This document shows positions 39,936-51,538 of a stretch of DNA of 64,000 nt, piece after piece. The position numbers were made by a program, and so were the translations under genes. The notes below the pieces were generated by a model. The model searched no databases. It saw only the letters and a list, made by a program, of their open reading frames with translations, and was not told the origin of the DNA. This DNA comes from Hydrolagus affinis (Eukaryota), in the NCBI GenBank assembly GCA_012026655.1, contig JAAILG010000978.1, forward strand, positions 1-64,000, given 5' to 3'. How positions within the stretch are numbered: position 1 is the first letter of the stretch; the number at the start of each line of letters is the position of its first letter.

Positions 39936-40090
39936 TATAGTCCAATATTTCTGAACTGCATTTAACCTTATTATTTGTTTTATATATTCTACTAATCTTT
40001 TGTATTTTTAGTCCACACCATTACAATAAATTTTCATCTATATAATTATAAATTTGCACCTCATCTACACAAATGTTAATTATAATGATG

Positions 40091-40430
40091 CTTACCTTTG
40101 GTACAGTGGCTTTCACATCAGGAGGACATCCCAAGTTCTTCACAGGATTTACTGTGAAGTGGAGTGACTGTGTGCTTACCTATATTTGTGGGTGTAAGCA
40201 ACAACTAATGTCTACTGGCATCAATGTCCCCAAAAAACCATCGAGTGAATTAATTTTTGAGAGATTGTTAACCAGGACACTGGGAAAAACTCCTTTCTCT
40301 TTTGGGGATCTTTAACATCTACCTGAATATGAAGACAGACCCTCAGTTTAACATCTCGTCTGAAGGTGGTGGTTAAACACTTGTAGCTATCAACATGTTA
40401 GCACTGCTTAATGGTGTATTTAGTCTACAC
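40091..40430 (-). mobile_element. DeuSINE-like element (AmnSINE1/SacSINE1 superfamily) retaining the Deu domain
   Basis: ccaggacactgggaaaaactcc...gggatctttaacatctacctga...cagaccctcagtttaacatctcgtctgaagg resembles the reverse Deu-domain consensus as I recall it; L2-type tail at 40091-40145. Confidence 0.7.
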
Positions 40431-41971
40431 TCCAAAAAGTTGGAGGAAATTGAATGAAGTGACAAGACGTATCCTGGTGGTAGCATAATAGGGTTTGGGG
40501 CTAAATTTCTGCCATTCCACTTATTCCACGCATGCAAACCGGGAAGGGTTATATGAACTTCAACACTCGGAGACGCCGTCCGGCTATGTGCTTTATATGG
40601 TGGATAAGTGGGCAGAATGGTTGGTTTGTGTGGCACATCAAAAAGAATGAAGCCACTTCATCGCTCCATTGTTAGCAGAAGCAAAAGGATAGGGGAAGAG
40701 GAAACATTCAAATCAATCAATTTTTTGAACAATTGTTCATCAGGATCATGTTTGGGGTTTTCAAATGTGTGTTTTATGGAGATGACAGACACACATACAT
40801 ACACAGAGAAATGGAGCATCACACAGCTTAGTGGTCACCACTGTGTGACCTGCCTTCTCAGCAATAATGATTGGATTGGGACTCTTAACTAATGCAATAA
40901 GAATGTGGTCAAGTTCAAACTGCAAGGAACAAAGTTCATACCAGAGGGAAAACAAACAAACAGTGCTGAGTAAAAGACACGATAAATTAAAGGCCAGAAG
41001 TTTTTTTAAAAAAAAATTAAATAGAAACAAACTAAACAATCAGGACTGACAAAAAACAGATGTTTTTCTAAGATTAAATTATCTTTTCTAATGTTTTGCA
41101 TGTGCCAACAAAAATATGTCTCATCGGTTTAAAGAAAGGACTTTTTTGGTGGGGCTTCATTTTATCTTAAATGTTGTGATTAATAATATTTATTTTGAGT
41201 AGGAAAGTGCTTTGAGCTAGTAAAAAAAAAAGTCTGAAAACAAGTTGCATGCATAAAAAATACTAGAATGTATATTTCTATCCAATTGTTTCTGAAAATG
41301 TTAACAATACTTACATGGTTGACCTATGCTCAGCCATAGAAATATTGAACTAATTAATACTATGAGCTATACATACTAATTTATCTGGTCTTTTGTGACT
41401 TATCCAATTATAATACTGTTCCAACCCTCTAGGATATATCCCAGAACTGCCACTCAATCTAGGTTTATAATTAAAAGTCTATACTGTAGTTGCATTATGA
41501 AAGATAGTTTGCAAGCAATCCTTGCACAGTGGCTTTACTAATCATTATTCATTGCTTCACAGTCACATTGGTCCTCTATGTATTCCGTTTTACAACTCTT
41601 TGTGCAGATGTGAAAGATGTTTTCCAGATTTCTCATTTAATCACCTCTAATCAGAACATATCCTCTTGTTTGGTGCCGATAATCATTTCATAATTTTAGT
41701 GAGATTATTGTGGTTTTTCAGCTGGTCTATTGCAGTAGATGGAATTCTAGCATTTGGTTAAGGGCTGTTCATTTTCATCACTGCTATATGTAGATTCCTC
41801 TGATAGGTCTGCTTGACCCCACTTTGTTTCCGATCTTACTCAAAGGTCTGGTGGATATCAACCCATTAGTGAAGACAGCAGGTCCTATCAAAGATTATTT
41901 CCCGTCAACAGGAAAATAATCACTAAATCACAATAGTCAGAGGTGGGCATTGAGTGGACAAATGGTTCCTA

Positions 41972-42180
41972 GAACAACAATAAATTGTATTTATATAGCA
42001 TCTTTCAGGGACAACGCGTCGACATCCCAAATTGACAGAATGTCATTGGTAGTTTTCATTAAGGCTGTCTCTGTATTACGGGCAGCATAGAAACCAGATT
42101 GGAGACGTTCATACGGGGAGTGGTGGGAGAAGAAAGAGTGAAGGTGGGAAACAATGATCTTGTTCCAGGACCATGGAAAC
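41972..42180 (-). mobile_element. L2 fragment: short 3' tail joined to an RT segment
   Basis: Minus ORF YERLQSGFYAARNTETALMKTTNDILS directly next to tail aacaacaataaattgtatttatatagc. Confidence 0.7.
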
Positions 42181-44589
42181 AAACAGAAGGTTGGAGATGG
42201 GATAGTAGTTTCAGATGTGGGTACAGTATTTGGAATGATGTTGGTGTTGCCCATCATATGTCTCTAAAGCTTGTAATAGCTCTCGCGATATCAATAAGTG
42301 GCTTGGTAATTATAACTGCTGGCCAAATTAATCACCAATGTTGATAGTAAAGAAGAGTAGTAATTCTCACGAAATCCTATAAGGCTTCGCCATTGTTAAA
42401 TGCTCTGAGATGCTACCCTGGGTGGAGGGTGCTATATAAGTGCAAGTTGTCCTTAAAAGGCAAAATAATCAGTTTCAATATTCCTCAAAGCCTCTAATTG
42501 TCGAACAATATCAAATTCCAACTCTGTTTGCCAGCATGCAGGAAAAAAGTATCTTACTCCTGCACTTAATACAAGCTGAATTTGTATGGATTGGAAGTAG
42601 TGAAGGCAATGCAGGAAGCAAGGGATTTTGAAGTTAGCATTGTAATTGTTGCTTTCAGTAATTGAACTCTGTAAACCAGTGATTCATTACTCTACTTGAT
42701 TGTTAACGTCAGAACAGTTGCAACGCAATATATTCATACTCAATTACAGTTTGTTAGTGTCAAATCTAGTTGTGCAGCCTTCAGATTTTTATTAACTTAA
42801 ACGGCATGATTCATGCAGCACTGAAAAACATTAATTTATTATGAATGAATTTAATGCTGACAATTTTCAACTTTGGAAGTTTTGTTAAATGAAACTGAGA
42901 TCAAGTACCTTTTTTATACTGAGCCACATTTTGAATAGATTTATTTTACAACATAGTCACTTAACGTTACAGTAAAATTATCTGAAGACAATTCTGAACT
43001 GAAGTGAAAGTCAAATGTAAGGATTAGTTTTGGGATTTTACCCACTATTTGTGTTTAGGCACCTTTTAAAATAATAATTAAAAGATTGGCTTTTATGCTC
43101 TATGTGAAGCAGCTTCAACTATTGATTATTTTGGTGACATACCTCATTGATGTTTAATCTCTCCATTTTGGTTCAGGACCCAAATGTTTCTCTGTAGCAA
43201 GATGCACAAATCAGAAAAAAGCCAAATGTAATAGAGAATAATAATAATGGTCAATAAGCAAAAAACAACTGCATGTGATGCCCCCCAATCTGTCATATTA
43301 TTTTGCAGCGTTTTCACAGATGCTTTGAACCAATTTTGGAAGAATGTAAATGCGTGTTCATTCACCCACAAATATTGTTAGAGTGATGGCACTTTCTCGG
43401 TTTACACTACTATCTTGTATATGCTTTGCTGCAGAAATCAGGGAAATGACACACTACAATTGTTCCTTTGTGCACACTAATTGTTGTAATAAATTGCCTC
43501 CATTGTCTCCAGATATTGAAGCATTTGCAGCTATTAACGTAGCAAATGCAACACAAGGACATGCATTAAAATATGTATTACCCATTGCTAAATATTGCTT
43601 GCAACTCTTTGTCTTTACAGCTTATGATCTCTATAATGTGTGTCAAACTATGCTGCACACAATTACCAATGAACAAATATGAGTAGGTATAAAGTGACTG
43701 TAAAGAGCATTAGACAATACAAATTAAAAGTTATTGCGAAGATCTGAACCTTATGAATAAATTTTTTTTTAACTTATTAGTCCATCTTTGAAATGGTAGA
43801 ATGGTTAAATACCTTAGTTGTAATTTTCAATTTACCTTAGTTGCCTCTTTAGGTAACATTGAGTATTGGCTGAGCAAGCCTATTTATATTTTGTCTGAAA
43901 CCAGAGAATGATGTTGGATACCCTGGATTAATTTTTAATAAACACTTAAGTTTTAGTTAATCTGGTATCTAGGCTCTTTTTTACCCACCTTTATAATTCC
44001 TGCAAATTTTAGCTATACTGTATGCTAATAAACTATCTTCCACATCTGCTAACAAATATCTCTAATGATGCTGCCATTTGTGCACATCACATGTTAGCCT
44101 GCAATCTTTTCAAAGCTAATTGAGGGAACTACTTAAAGCAGTTAATAAAGAAGATTGAGCATATTATTATGTTTCCTGGAGTATCAGTGAACAATATTAA
44201 CTCCTTAAACCAGTTTGTATGATTGTATGTTCACTGTCTGAAATGAAAAAGTGATTGATCCTTTTTATAAACCCTGACAGAACTTCATATTAGTGGAACA
44301 TTACTCGAGGTGCCAATGGCAGAGCTTCATGTTGATGTACTTCCTGAATTCTATTCCAGAATTTAAAGGCACTTTCTATATGACAGGTTGATATTTCTTC
44401 AAAGGTTTTGCATTATTTAGTCTCCTTCAGAGACAGAGTGAGTCATCAGCAGGACAAAGTACTGCTGCCTGGGCTGCGGAGATAGCATGCCATGGAGACA
44501 AATGACATGCCTTACTTAAATGATTCATTCTTGAAGGGCACCATGAACTGATCACAATGGTAGAGTGGCCCTTATCCCATCTTGTGGGA

Positions 44590-44925
44590 TACCTGTAACA
44601 TATTGGTTAGAGCAATCACCTTGCAAGTGAGAGGACCCGTGTTCGATTCCCAGGCAAGGTGAAATGTTAGGCAAGTTTCCTTGCTCCACGTGCCTCTGTT
44701 TACCAGCAGTGAGTAGGAACTCAAGTGTTGGTCGATTGGTAGACTGCTTTTCCCGGGATAATAATCCCCCAAAAACAAATAATAGTTTGGTCACTCAATC
44801 CACCATTTTCTGTTGGACACTGCTGTGCGCAATTGTCTACTACGTTTCATCCACAAAATATACAGTCAATTCACTTTACCATATATTCTGTGAAGCGCTT
44901 TTAGACGTTTCAAAGACGTGATATG
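44590..44925 (+). mobile_element. tRNA-derived SINE, longer variant
   Basis: ttggttagagc (A box), gttcgattccc (B box), gcaagtttccttgctcca, an extra ~62-nt segment, then the standard body and tail. Confidence 0.85.
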
Positions 44926-45909
44926 GTGAGAGGGCTTGTATTTTTTGAAGAAAGTTTCTCATGTTGCTGCTGCATAGCAAAAGCTAAAATTATATCCAGA
45001 CATTTGTGCTGCTGCTTTTAATAAATTAGATACCAAGATACTTTTAGTGATGTTAAAGGCAGTTCTTTGAATTCAATGGAAACTCATTTATCTTCATAAA
45101 TCGAACCAAAGGGCTGAGGAGTATTTCCATCTGTATCTATTCTCTATGGGATGAGAGGTATGAAGTAGATTTTAATGAAAGGAGGCACAAGAAGAAGCTA
45201 TATAACCAACTGAGAATTCAGGTCATTTATGGGAATTGCATGCACAGATTAGATACTGCATTTATCTCTATGAGTTACTAAGCTTCAAAGTGATTCTGTG
45301 GAGGGGGGGGGGGAAAAAAAACTTTGCGATGCTTTGATGTAAGTCACAATATAAAATGTAACTGTTATTGATTTTATTACTTGTTTTCTGAATGTTGGAT
45401 TCTGTGTGGAAGGAAATATTACAAGAGGAAAAAAAAGCCAATTTAATTACAAGTACAACTATTGTGGTTCTGGAGACACCTGATTGGTTGTAAACATTTT
45501 CAAAGAACATTACTTTAATCCTGCTCATAGCAAGCACTTTCCATCTCATAATTGTAGATGATCTGCCTAATAGTTATAACAAAACCGTTAAATGTGTTTG
45601 AAGCACATCCATTGGTGGCACTCGCTACATCTCTTAGAATCTCTACACAGACAGTAAAAAAGATTAGATTACAACAATAATAAATTACATTTGTACAGTG
45701 CCTTTTACATCCTTAAACATTCAACCAAACATTAAAAGGGGGAAACAGTTGCAGGCAGGGAGGAAGAGACTTTGATGACCTGCACTCAAAAAAGCACTGT
45801 ATAAACTGAGGTTCTTAATCCATTACTTCTGTCCAAAGTACCTTTGCGTACCTACTGTACTTTGATCTTAAAAATCAGTAATTATCTCCTTTGCTGTCCG
45901 AATGGGAAT

Positions 45910-46180
45910 ATGGGCCTTCGTGGGTATAGCAGCCTTTGCCAGACATATCGAGTGCAAGAGGAGATTTCGGGAGCACAGAGGCCAAGGAAGATGTCATTGT
46001 CTTTTTGGATATCAGGCCAGCCTCCATCCACATCTTTCCACCTGGAAGCTTGTCTGACAGCTGATGAATCTCATTCAACCTTGACAAGTGAATCTCGAGT
46101 GACAGGAAGCCCTGGGACTTGAACCTATGACCTGAGTGTGAGCCGTGTACTCAATTGCTTGCATTACCTCATTGAGCCTC
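45910..46180 (-). mobile_element. Old SINE-like relic
   Basis: GC-richer island ending in gggacttgaacc (reverse B box) and cattgagc (reverse A box). Confidence 0.4.
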
Positions 46181-47585
46181 AATCAGCAAAGGTTACTCAG
46201 AATCTGTAATTTTGTGTTGTCTTATTTAGTTAAGTTATGAACCCCTTCTATGAATAGAAGTAATTTGGAAGCAGTGGTATCATTTTTTTTCCAACAATTT
46301 ACATGACATTTGTTCTGGTAAATTTATATTCCTTAAAAATTGGTATCCTCTGGTCTGTGTGCACCCAGACTGATATAGAAGCACAACTGTCAAGATGCTG
46401 TGATGAAACTGCAATGAAAGATCGGTGAATTGTCAACATTTCAGTTGTTATAGTTTGTGAAAGTCGCAGAGGGCTTGGCTCTGTAAGGGCTAACACCATT
46501 GCCCTGACTCTTGCTTTATTTTAAACCTCAGCCACATTTGACAATGACAAGCAGCACAACAACTGCTAGGATTATGATGGACCTTATGAAGGATGTGTTA
46601 GTCTGTCTCAATTTGACATCTGCAAACGGCAGTTGCGATGTAGCAAAATCAAACACAAAATTAGCACAGTTTAGATTTGGCTTGCATTCATATTACTGTT
46701 AATTTTTACCTATTGCTGCAAAAATGGTACAGTTATTAGAGTTTGTATAGTATGCAGGGAATACACATTTAAACAGTCATATCACAATCAACTGCATTGT
46801 ATAAACTATTGGGAACATGAATAAAATGGATTCTGAATAGAAATTATACAAATGCCAGAGAAAATTTCAGATTTTTTAGAAATACAATATAACTTGATGA
46901 AAACATTGTTTTTGCACTTGCATTGAATGAAGCTTGGATCTGCATGTGTACACAATGCCAATACTGTTTGAAGAGCAATTGAGGAGCATACAGGATTTAG
47001 CATCTGGTTTTGAAACTTACAAAAAGCCAGGAATAATTATAATTTGGGGGGGGATCTGGAGGTCAGAATTAATATATTCGCAGAGATCCGTTTCCAATTG
47101 CTGGATGTGAATGTATAATTTAGGGAACTTCAGCTCATTGTTGGCCTTAACTACGAAGATGAACAGTGTGTTCATTCATCTTTACACCATCATGGGTTGG
47201 ATGTGATCTCTGTCTCATCCCCCCACCACCCCCCTCCCCCTCCCCACCCTAAAAAAAACAATCCTAGAGACAGTCGCCATTCGATGGTCCTATCTGGCCC
47301 AAGAGTGGGAAGCTTCCCAGTATGTTGCCACGCAGGTTTAGCTGACATAACTCAAACACAACCCCAATACATATCTATGGATCCCAAGCCTTGGGTCTTG
47401 TCAGTCTGCACCTAAATGCAGGATTACATAAATAGGGGGGGAAGGAAGAGTGAAAATATTCCATACCTGATTAATGGAAACTGTACTGAATTACTGTGAG
47501 CAATTTAACTCTTAAGCTTGGTGATTGGGTCTTGGTGATTGTCCAATGACCCCCAAAAAATCCATCACAGCAATATATTTATTTC

Positions 47586-47765
47586 AATAATAAGAATTCT
47601 TGCATAAAATATAGCACCATATCATGTCTTCGAGACATCTCAAAGCGCTTCACAGAATTCACTACAAGGTTTATTGACTGGATTTTGTGGGTGAAACGTG
47701 GCAGCCAATTGCATACAGCAGTGTCTCACAAACAGTCGTGGATTGAGTGATCAAATTATTATTAA
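47586..47765 (-). mobile_element. SINE 3' half
   Basis: ctcaaagcgcttcacagaa...gcagccaattgc...cacaaacagtcgtggattgagtga. Confidence 0.85.
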
Positions 47766-48714
47766 TTTTTAAATGGAAAATAATTTGTGTCTCCATAATT
47801 TTCTTGTCGACATGTTCAGTACATTAAATTTTAAATGGCTTCTAAAATTGCAAATCAGTCCCTCAAAGCTTCACCAAAAAAAATGACGAGTGAGCCATAA
47901 AATAATCCTACTCTTAAATGCGGGTATTAATTGAATTCCTACAGCAGTTAGTGAATATCAGTTTGTTGGAACTGAAATTTCAGCATAAAAGTTAAAACGT
48001 TTATAAAAATGCTAATGCATCTCTTGTCACCACTTCCAGCACCAAGACATCAAATAATAAAATCTTATTTAGAATTCATTAACCTTTAGAGCATTTTATT
48101 TTGTGTTTTATGCTCCAGCCAATTGGCGTTATTCCCAATGTCATGTAGTGCTTGCTGCACATACATTTACAATCAGATGTATTTGTAGGACTTTTACACC
48201 GAAAATGATCTATCTCTACAATTTTTGTTAACATTCTGATTTGCCATCATATCAGCCAACAAATTATTGTTTCCACTTGCAGAGATTCTGATAGCAGAGC
48301 ACTGTCACTAGTTACATTTATTTCTCATATTGGAATACATTGTTCATTGTCGCTTTGAATAGATTTGTGTTGTTCGTGTTGTCACAATTTCATTCTGGAA
48401 CTGATTTTGATATCATATATTCACCCAAGCCAATTTTCAAATAGCTTCTGATATCACAAAAACCTGTGTCAATTTTTTTTAAACTGAAAATGTGAATGAT
48501 TGTTATTCACTCAGTTGGAGCTCAATGGTGCTGCATAGGTGAAATACACCTCAGAGAGAGTTTGAAAACACAATTACAATAGCTTCATTGGATGTGGATG
48601 TTCAGTTTGCTGATCAAAAAAAATAGTATTCGATCTCTGTTGGTGTGCTGTGAATGCATTGTCTGAAAGGATAGTGGAAGCTGATTCAATAACAACAACA
48701 AAATAACAACTTTT

Positions 48715-48872
48715 GTTAAGAGAGAAATAAATGGTTGTTTGGGGAGGAGGTTTGCAGGGCTATGGGGAGAGAGATGGAGAATGGGATTGATTTGGACAGT
48801 GCTAGTCAATGAGCCGGAACAGACACGATGGCTGAATGTCCTCCTTCTGTTCTATATAATTCTTTGATTTCA
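48715..48872 (+). mobile_element. CR1 3' tail (older family)
   Basis: gcagggctatggggagag...gagccggaacagacacgatggctgaatgtcctccttctg...ttctttgatt. Confidence 0.75.
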
Positions 48873-50890
48873 ATATAACTGGTAAAAAGTACTCAATGCA
48901 ATGATAGGCAATTCAAGTTTTCTTTAAAGTGCAAAGCATTTTGCTTCTGAACAACTCAAAAGAATTTAAAATGAATGTTTTAATGCTGTAATCTTATTGC
49001 ATAATAATTATTTTATAACTTTTCATGAACCATCAGAAGGTGATTTAACGCGAAACTGGGAATTTGCTATTGGTGTTTCCTATAAACTCTATTTGATGTT
49101 TCTAAAGCTAAGTTAAATATTTGTTCTTTTATGCCTATAATTGCAAGAGAACGACAGGAATTGATACACTAATTCTGTTCTCGATTGTTCCTTGAATGGA
49201 TTAGCTAAAAGATCTCTGTTTTCTGTGGAACAATTCTACATCGTGTTAGCGATCATTCATTTAGTATTCTACATATTTGCTGGATATCTACTCTCGTGTA
49301 ATCATGGTTTATTAAAACAGTTTGCAAATGAGTACTACTTGTAAAATAATTTGCACCTCAAGTGTTTAGCCAGTTTATAACTTCGGAAGCTTGCTAATTT
49401 GCAAGCAAAAAGTGCATCTACTTGTAAATATTTTTCTTAATTGCCTGTTGGTGAATTTTGGTGATGTCTTTCTGAAAATGCACAATGCCTCATAAAAACC
49501 TTCATAATCATAAATCCTCCTCTCAATATTTTGTGGATTTTAGTCAGTATTTTTGTAACTGGTTTCAGCAGAAAATGAGAAAATGAGGCTTGCAGTGAAA
49601 GGATATGGAAGCTTTTTTGTTTCGTTATTGTCCAGTAATAAAGCTGTTCCTTTATCGTTATTCTTCAAATTATGTGCTTTTCTATTGTTTTGTTAATGGT
49701 TGCCATTGACGACTGGAATATTCCTTTTCTCCAACCAGTAATTGATTGAATCATAAATGTACAGGCTCTCACAGTAGCTTTTGGAGTTTGCTATTCATAG
49801 ATGCCCAGTTATTACGTCAAACTAAAGAGGCGTCATGCTGTATTCAACAGAAATTCAGCAGAGCAGCTTATCAACATTATTTAAATATTTGAAGAAAAGC
49901 TGGACAAGAGGGATATTTTTTCACGACTTCAAATTCACAAATATCTGTTATTATTCCAATGCTTCTCCATGGTTATATGATGCATTAGAATGTTAACCAA
50001 ATATTTACAGCCTTCCTGATATTAAAGCAAACTTTTGTTTTGTTAATTCCCTTTCATTACTGCAACCTCTTTCCATAAGTGTTGGAGTACATGACATATT
50101 TGACTTGGGTGCCCAACTATACCCTGCTGTTATGTACAACTGAACCAGAATATGAATGTTCAACTTAGAATTCGCTGATATCATAAAAGCTTTAAATGGT
50201 TGTGCTACACAATGCCTTTTTTGGTGTTGATAGAAATGTTTGTATTTACATTCATTTTAGTACTGCAACATTGAAATTGAAGAAAAACCATGGGCCACCA
50301 AATGTCCTACCAAATAAATCCGTGATAAGTTAAAAACAAGCAGTGCCTGTCTTTTGTCTGATTATTGTAATACTTATTCTGCACTTCTGAACACTCCATT
50401 AAGGCAGAAAACTGAAGACAGCAACGATTCAGTTGGAAATGTACATCATATGTTAGGAGCATAATACTGTAAGAAGTGAGTTACCAGCATATTTTGTCCG
50501 GTTAAGTATTTTCCAGCTATGAGCAAATGGGTAGTGCTGAAAACATCTGAGTTAGGTGAGATTTCAAAAGCAGATGATTATGTTAGTAAGATACTGGTTC
50601 AATCGGAGCATAACAAATGCACGATTGCAAATTAGACTTGTGGTCTTACAAGCAAATGTAAAAAAAAAGGCAATTCTGCAATCATCTTTGTGAAACTTAA
50701 TTTTGCATTTGCATTAGATTTTCTGAATTGTGTTTACGGGTTGTTTGTAGATTGGGAATTCCGAGCCTGCGATTATACTTATTACAGTTGAGCTGCAGAT
50801 AGGCTTTTTCAATTTAGTGCTGGAATTTAAATTGATTCTTTTAGAGTCAGATTTTACTCATTGAATTGGATATCAACCAGAGTCCATCTT

Positions 50891-51256
50891 ACAACAATAA
50901 CAACAACAAAATTACACTTGTATAGCGCCTTTCACGTTAGGAGGATGTCCCAAGGTGCTGGACAGTCATTGTTTCAGAGTCGAGCTGGGGTCAGGAACGG
51001 GGAGGGTGGAGGGAAAGGGGGGCATTTGGGTGACCAATGGAACCGTCAAAGAGGAGGGTCTTGAGGCTGGATTTGAAGGAGGCCAGCCAGTAGGTGTGGC
51101 AGAGAGATTGCGGGATGGAGTTCCAGAGGTTGGGGGCAAAGTGGTTGAAGCTTTGCCCACCAATGGTGGGGCTGGTGGGTTGGGGATCGTGGAGCCTGCT
51201 GAGCGGAGGAGGCTTCACTGATAACAACAAAATTACACTTGTATAGCGCCCTTCAG
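50891..51256 (-). mobile_element. L2 family B 3' fragment with a second copy of the terminal 28 nt
   Basis: Minus ORF IGGQSFNHFAPNLWNSIP..SFKSSLKTLLFD; tail repeated at 51223-51250. Confidence 0.88.
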
Positions 51257-51357
51257 ATAATGTCTAGTTCTTGTGTTAATTTGTTTTTAAAGCACAATGG
51301 AGGGGTGGGTGAAAAAGCATATTTGAAAATGAAAGTTTGCCACTCACTGAGACAAAA

Positions 51358-51538
51358 ATAAAAAAAAATTAATCACTCAGTCCTTTGTTTGTGGGACACT
51401 GCTGTGCGGGGTTGGCTGCCATGGTTCTCCCACAAAATATACAGACAATTCACTTCACAGTATATTCTGTGAAAGGTTTTGAGACCTCTCAAAGATATGA
51501 TAAAAAAAAACTATATCAAATGCAAGGATTATTATTAT
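51358..51538 (+). mobile_element. SINE 3' half
   Basis: gtttgtgggacactgctgtgc...aaatgcaaggattattatt; another copy at ~53693-53865. Confidence 0.85.
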
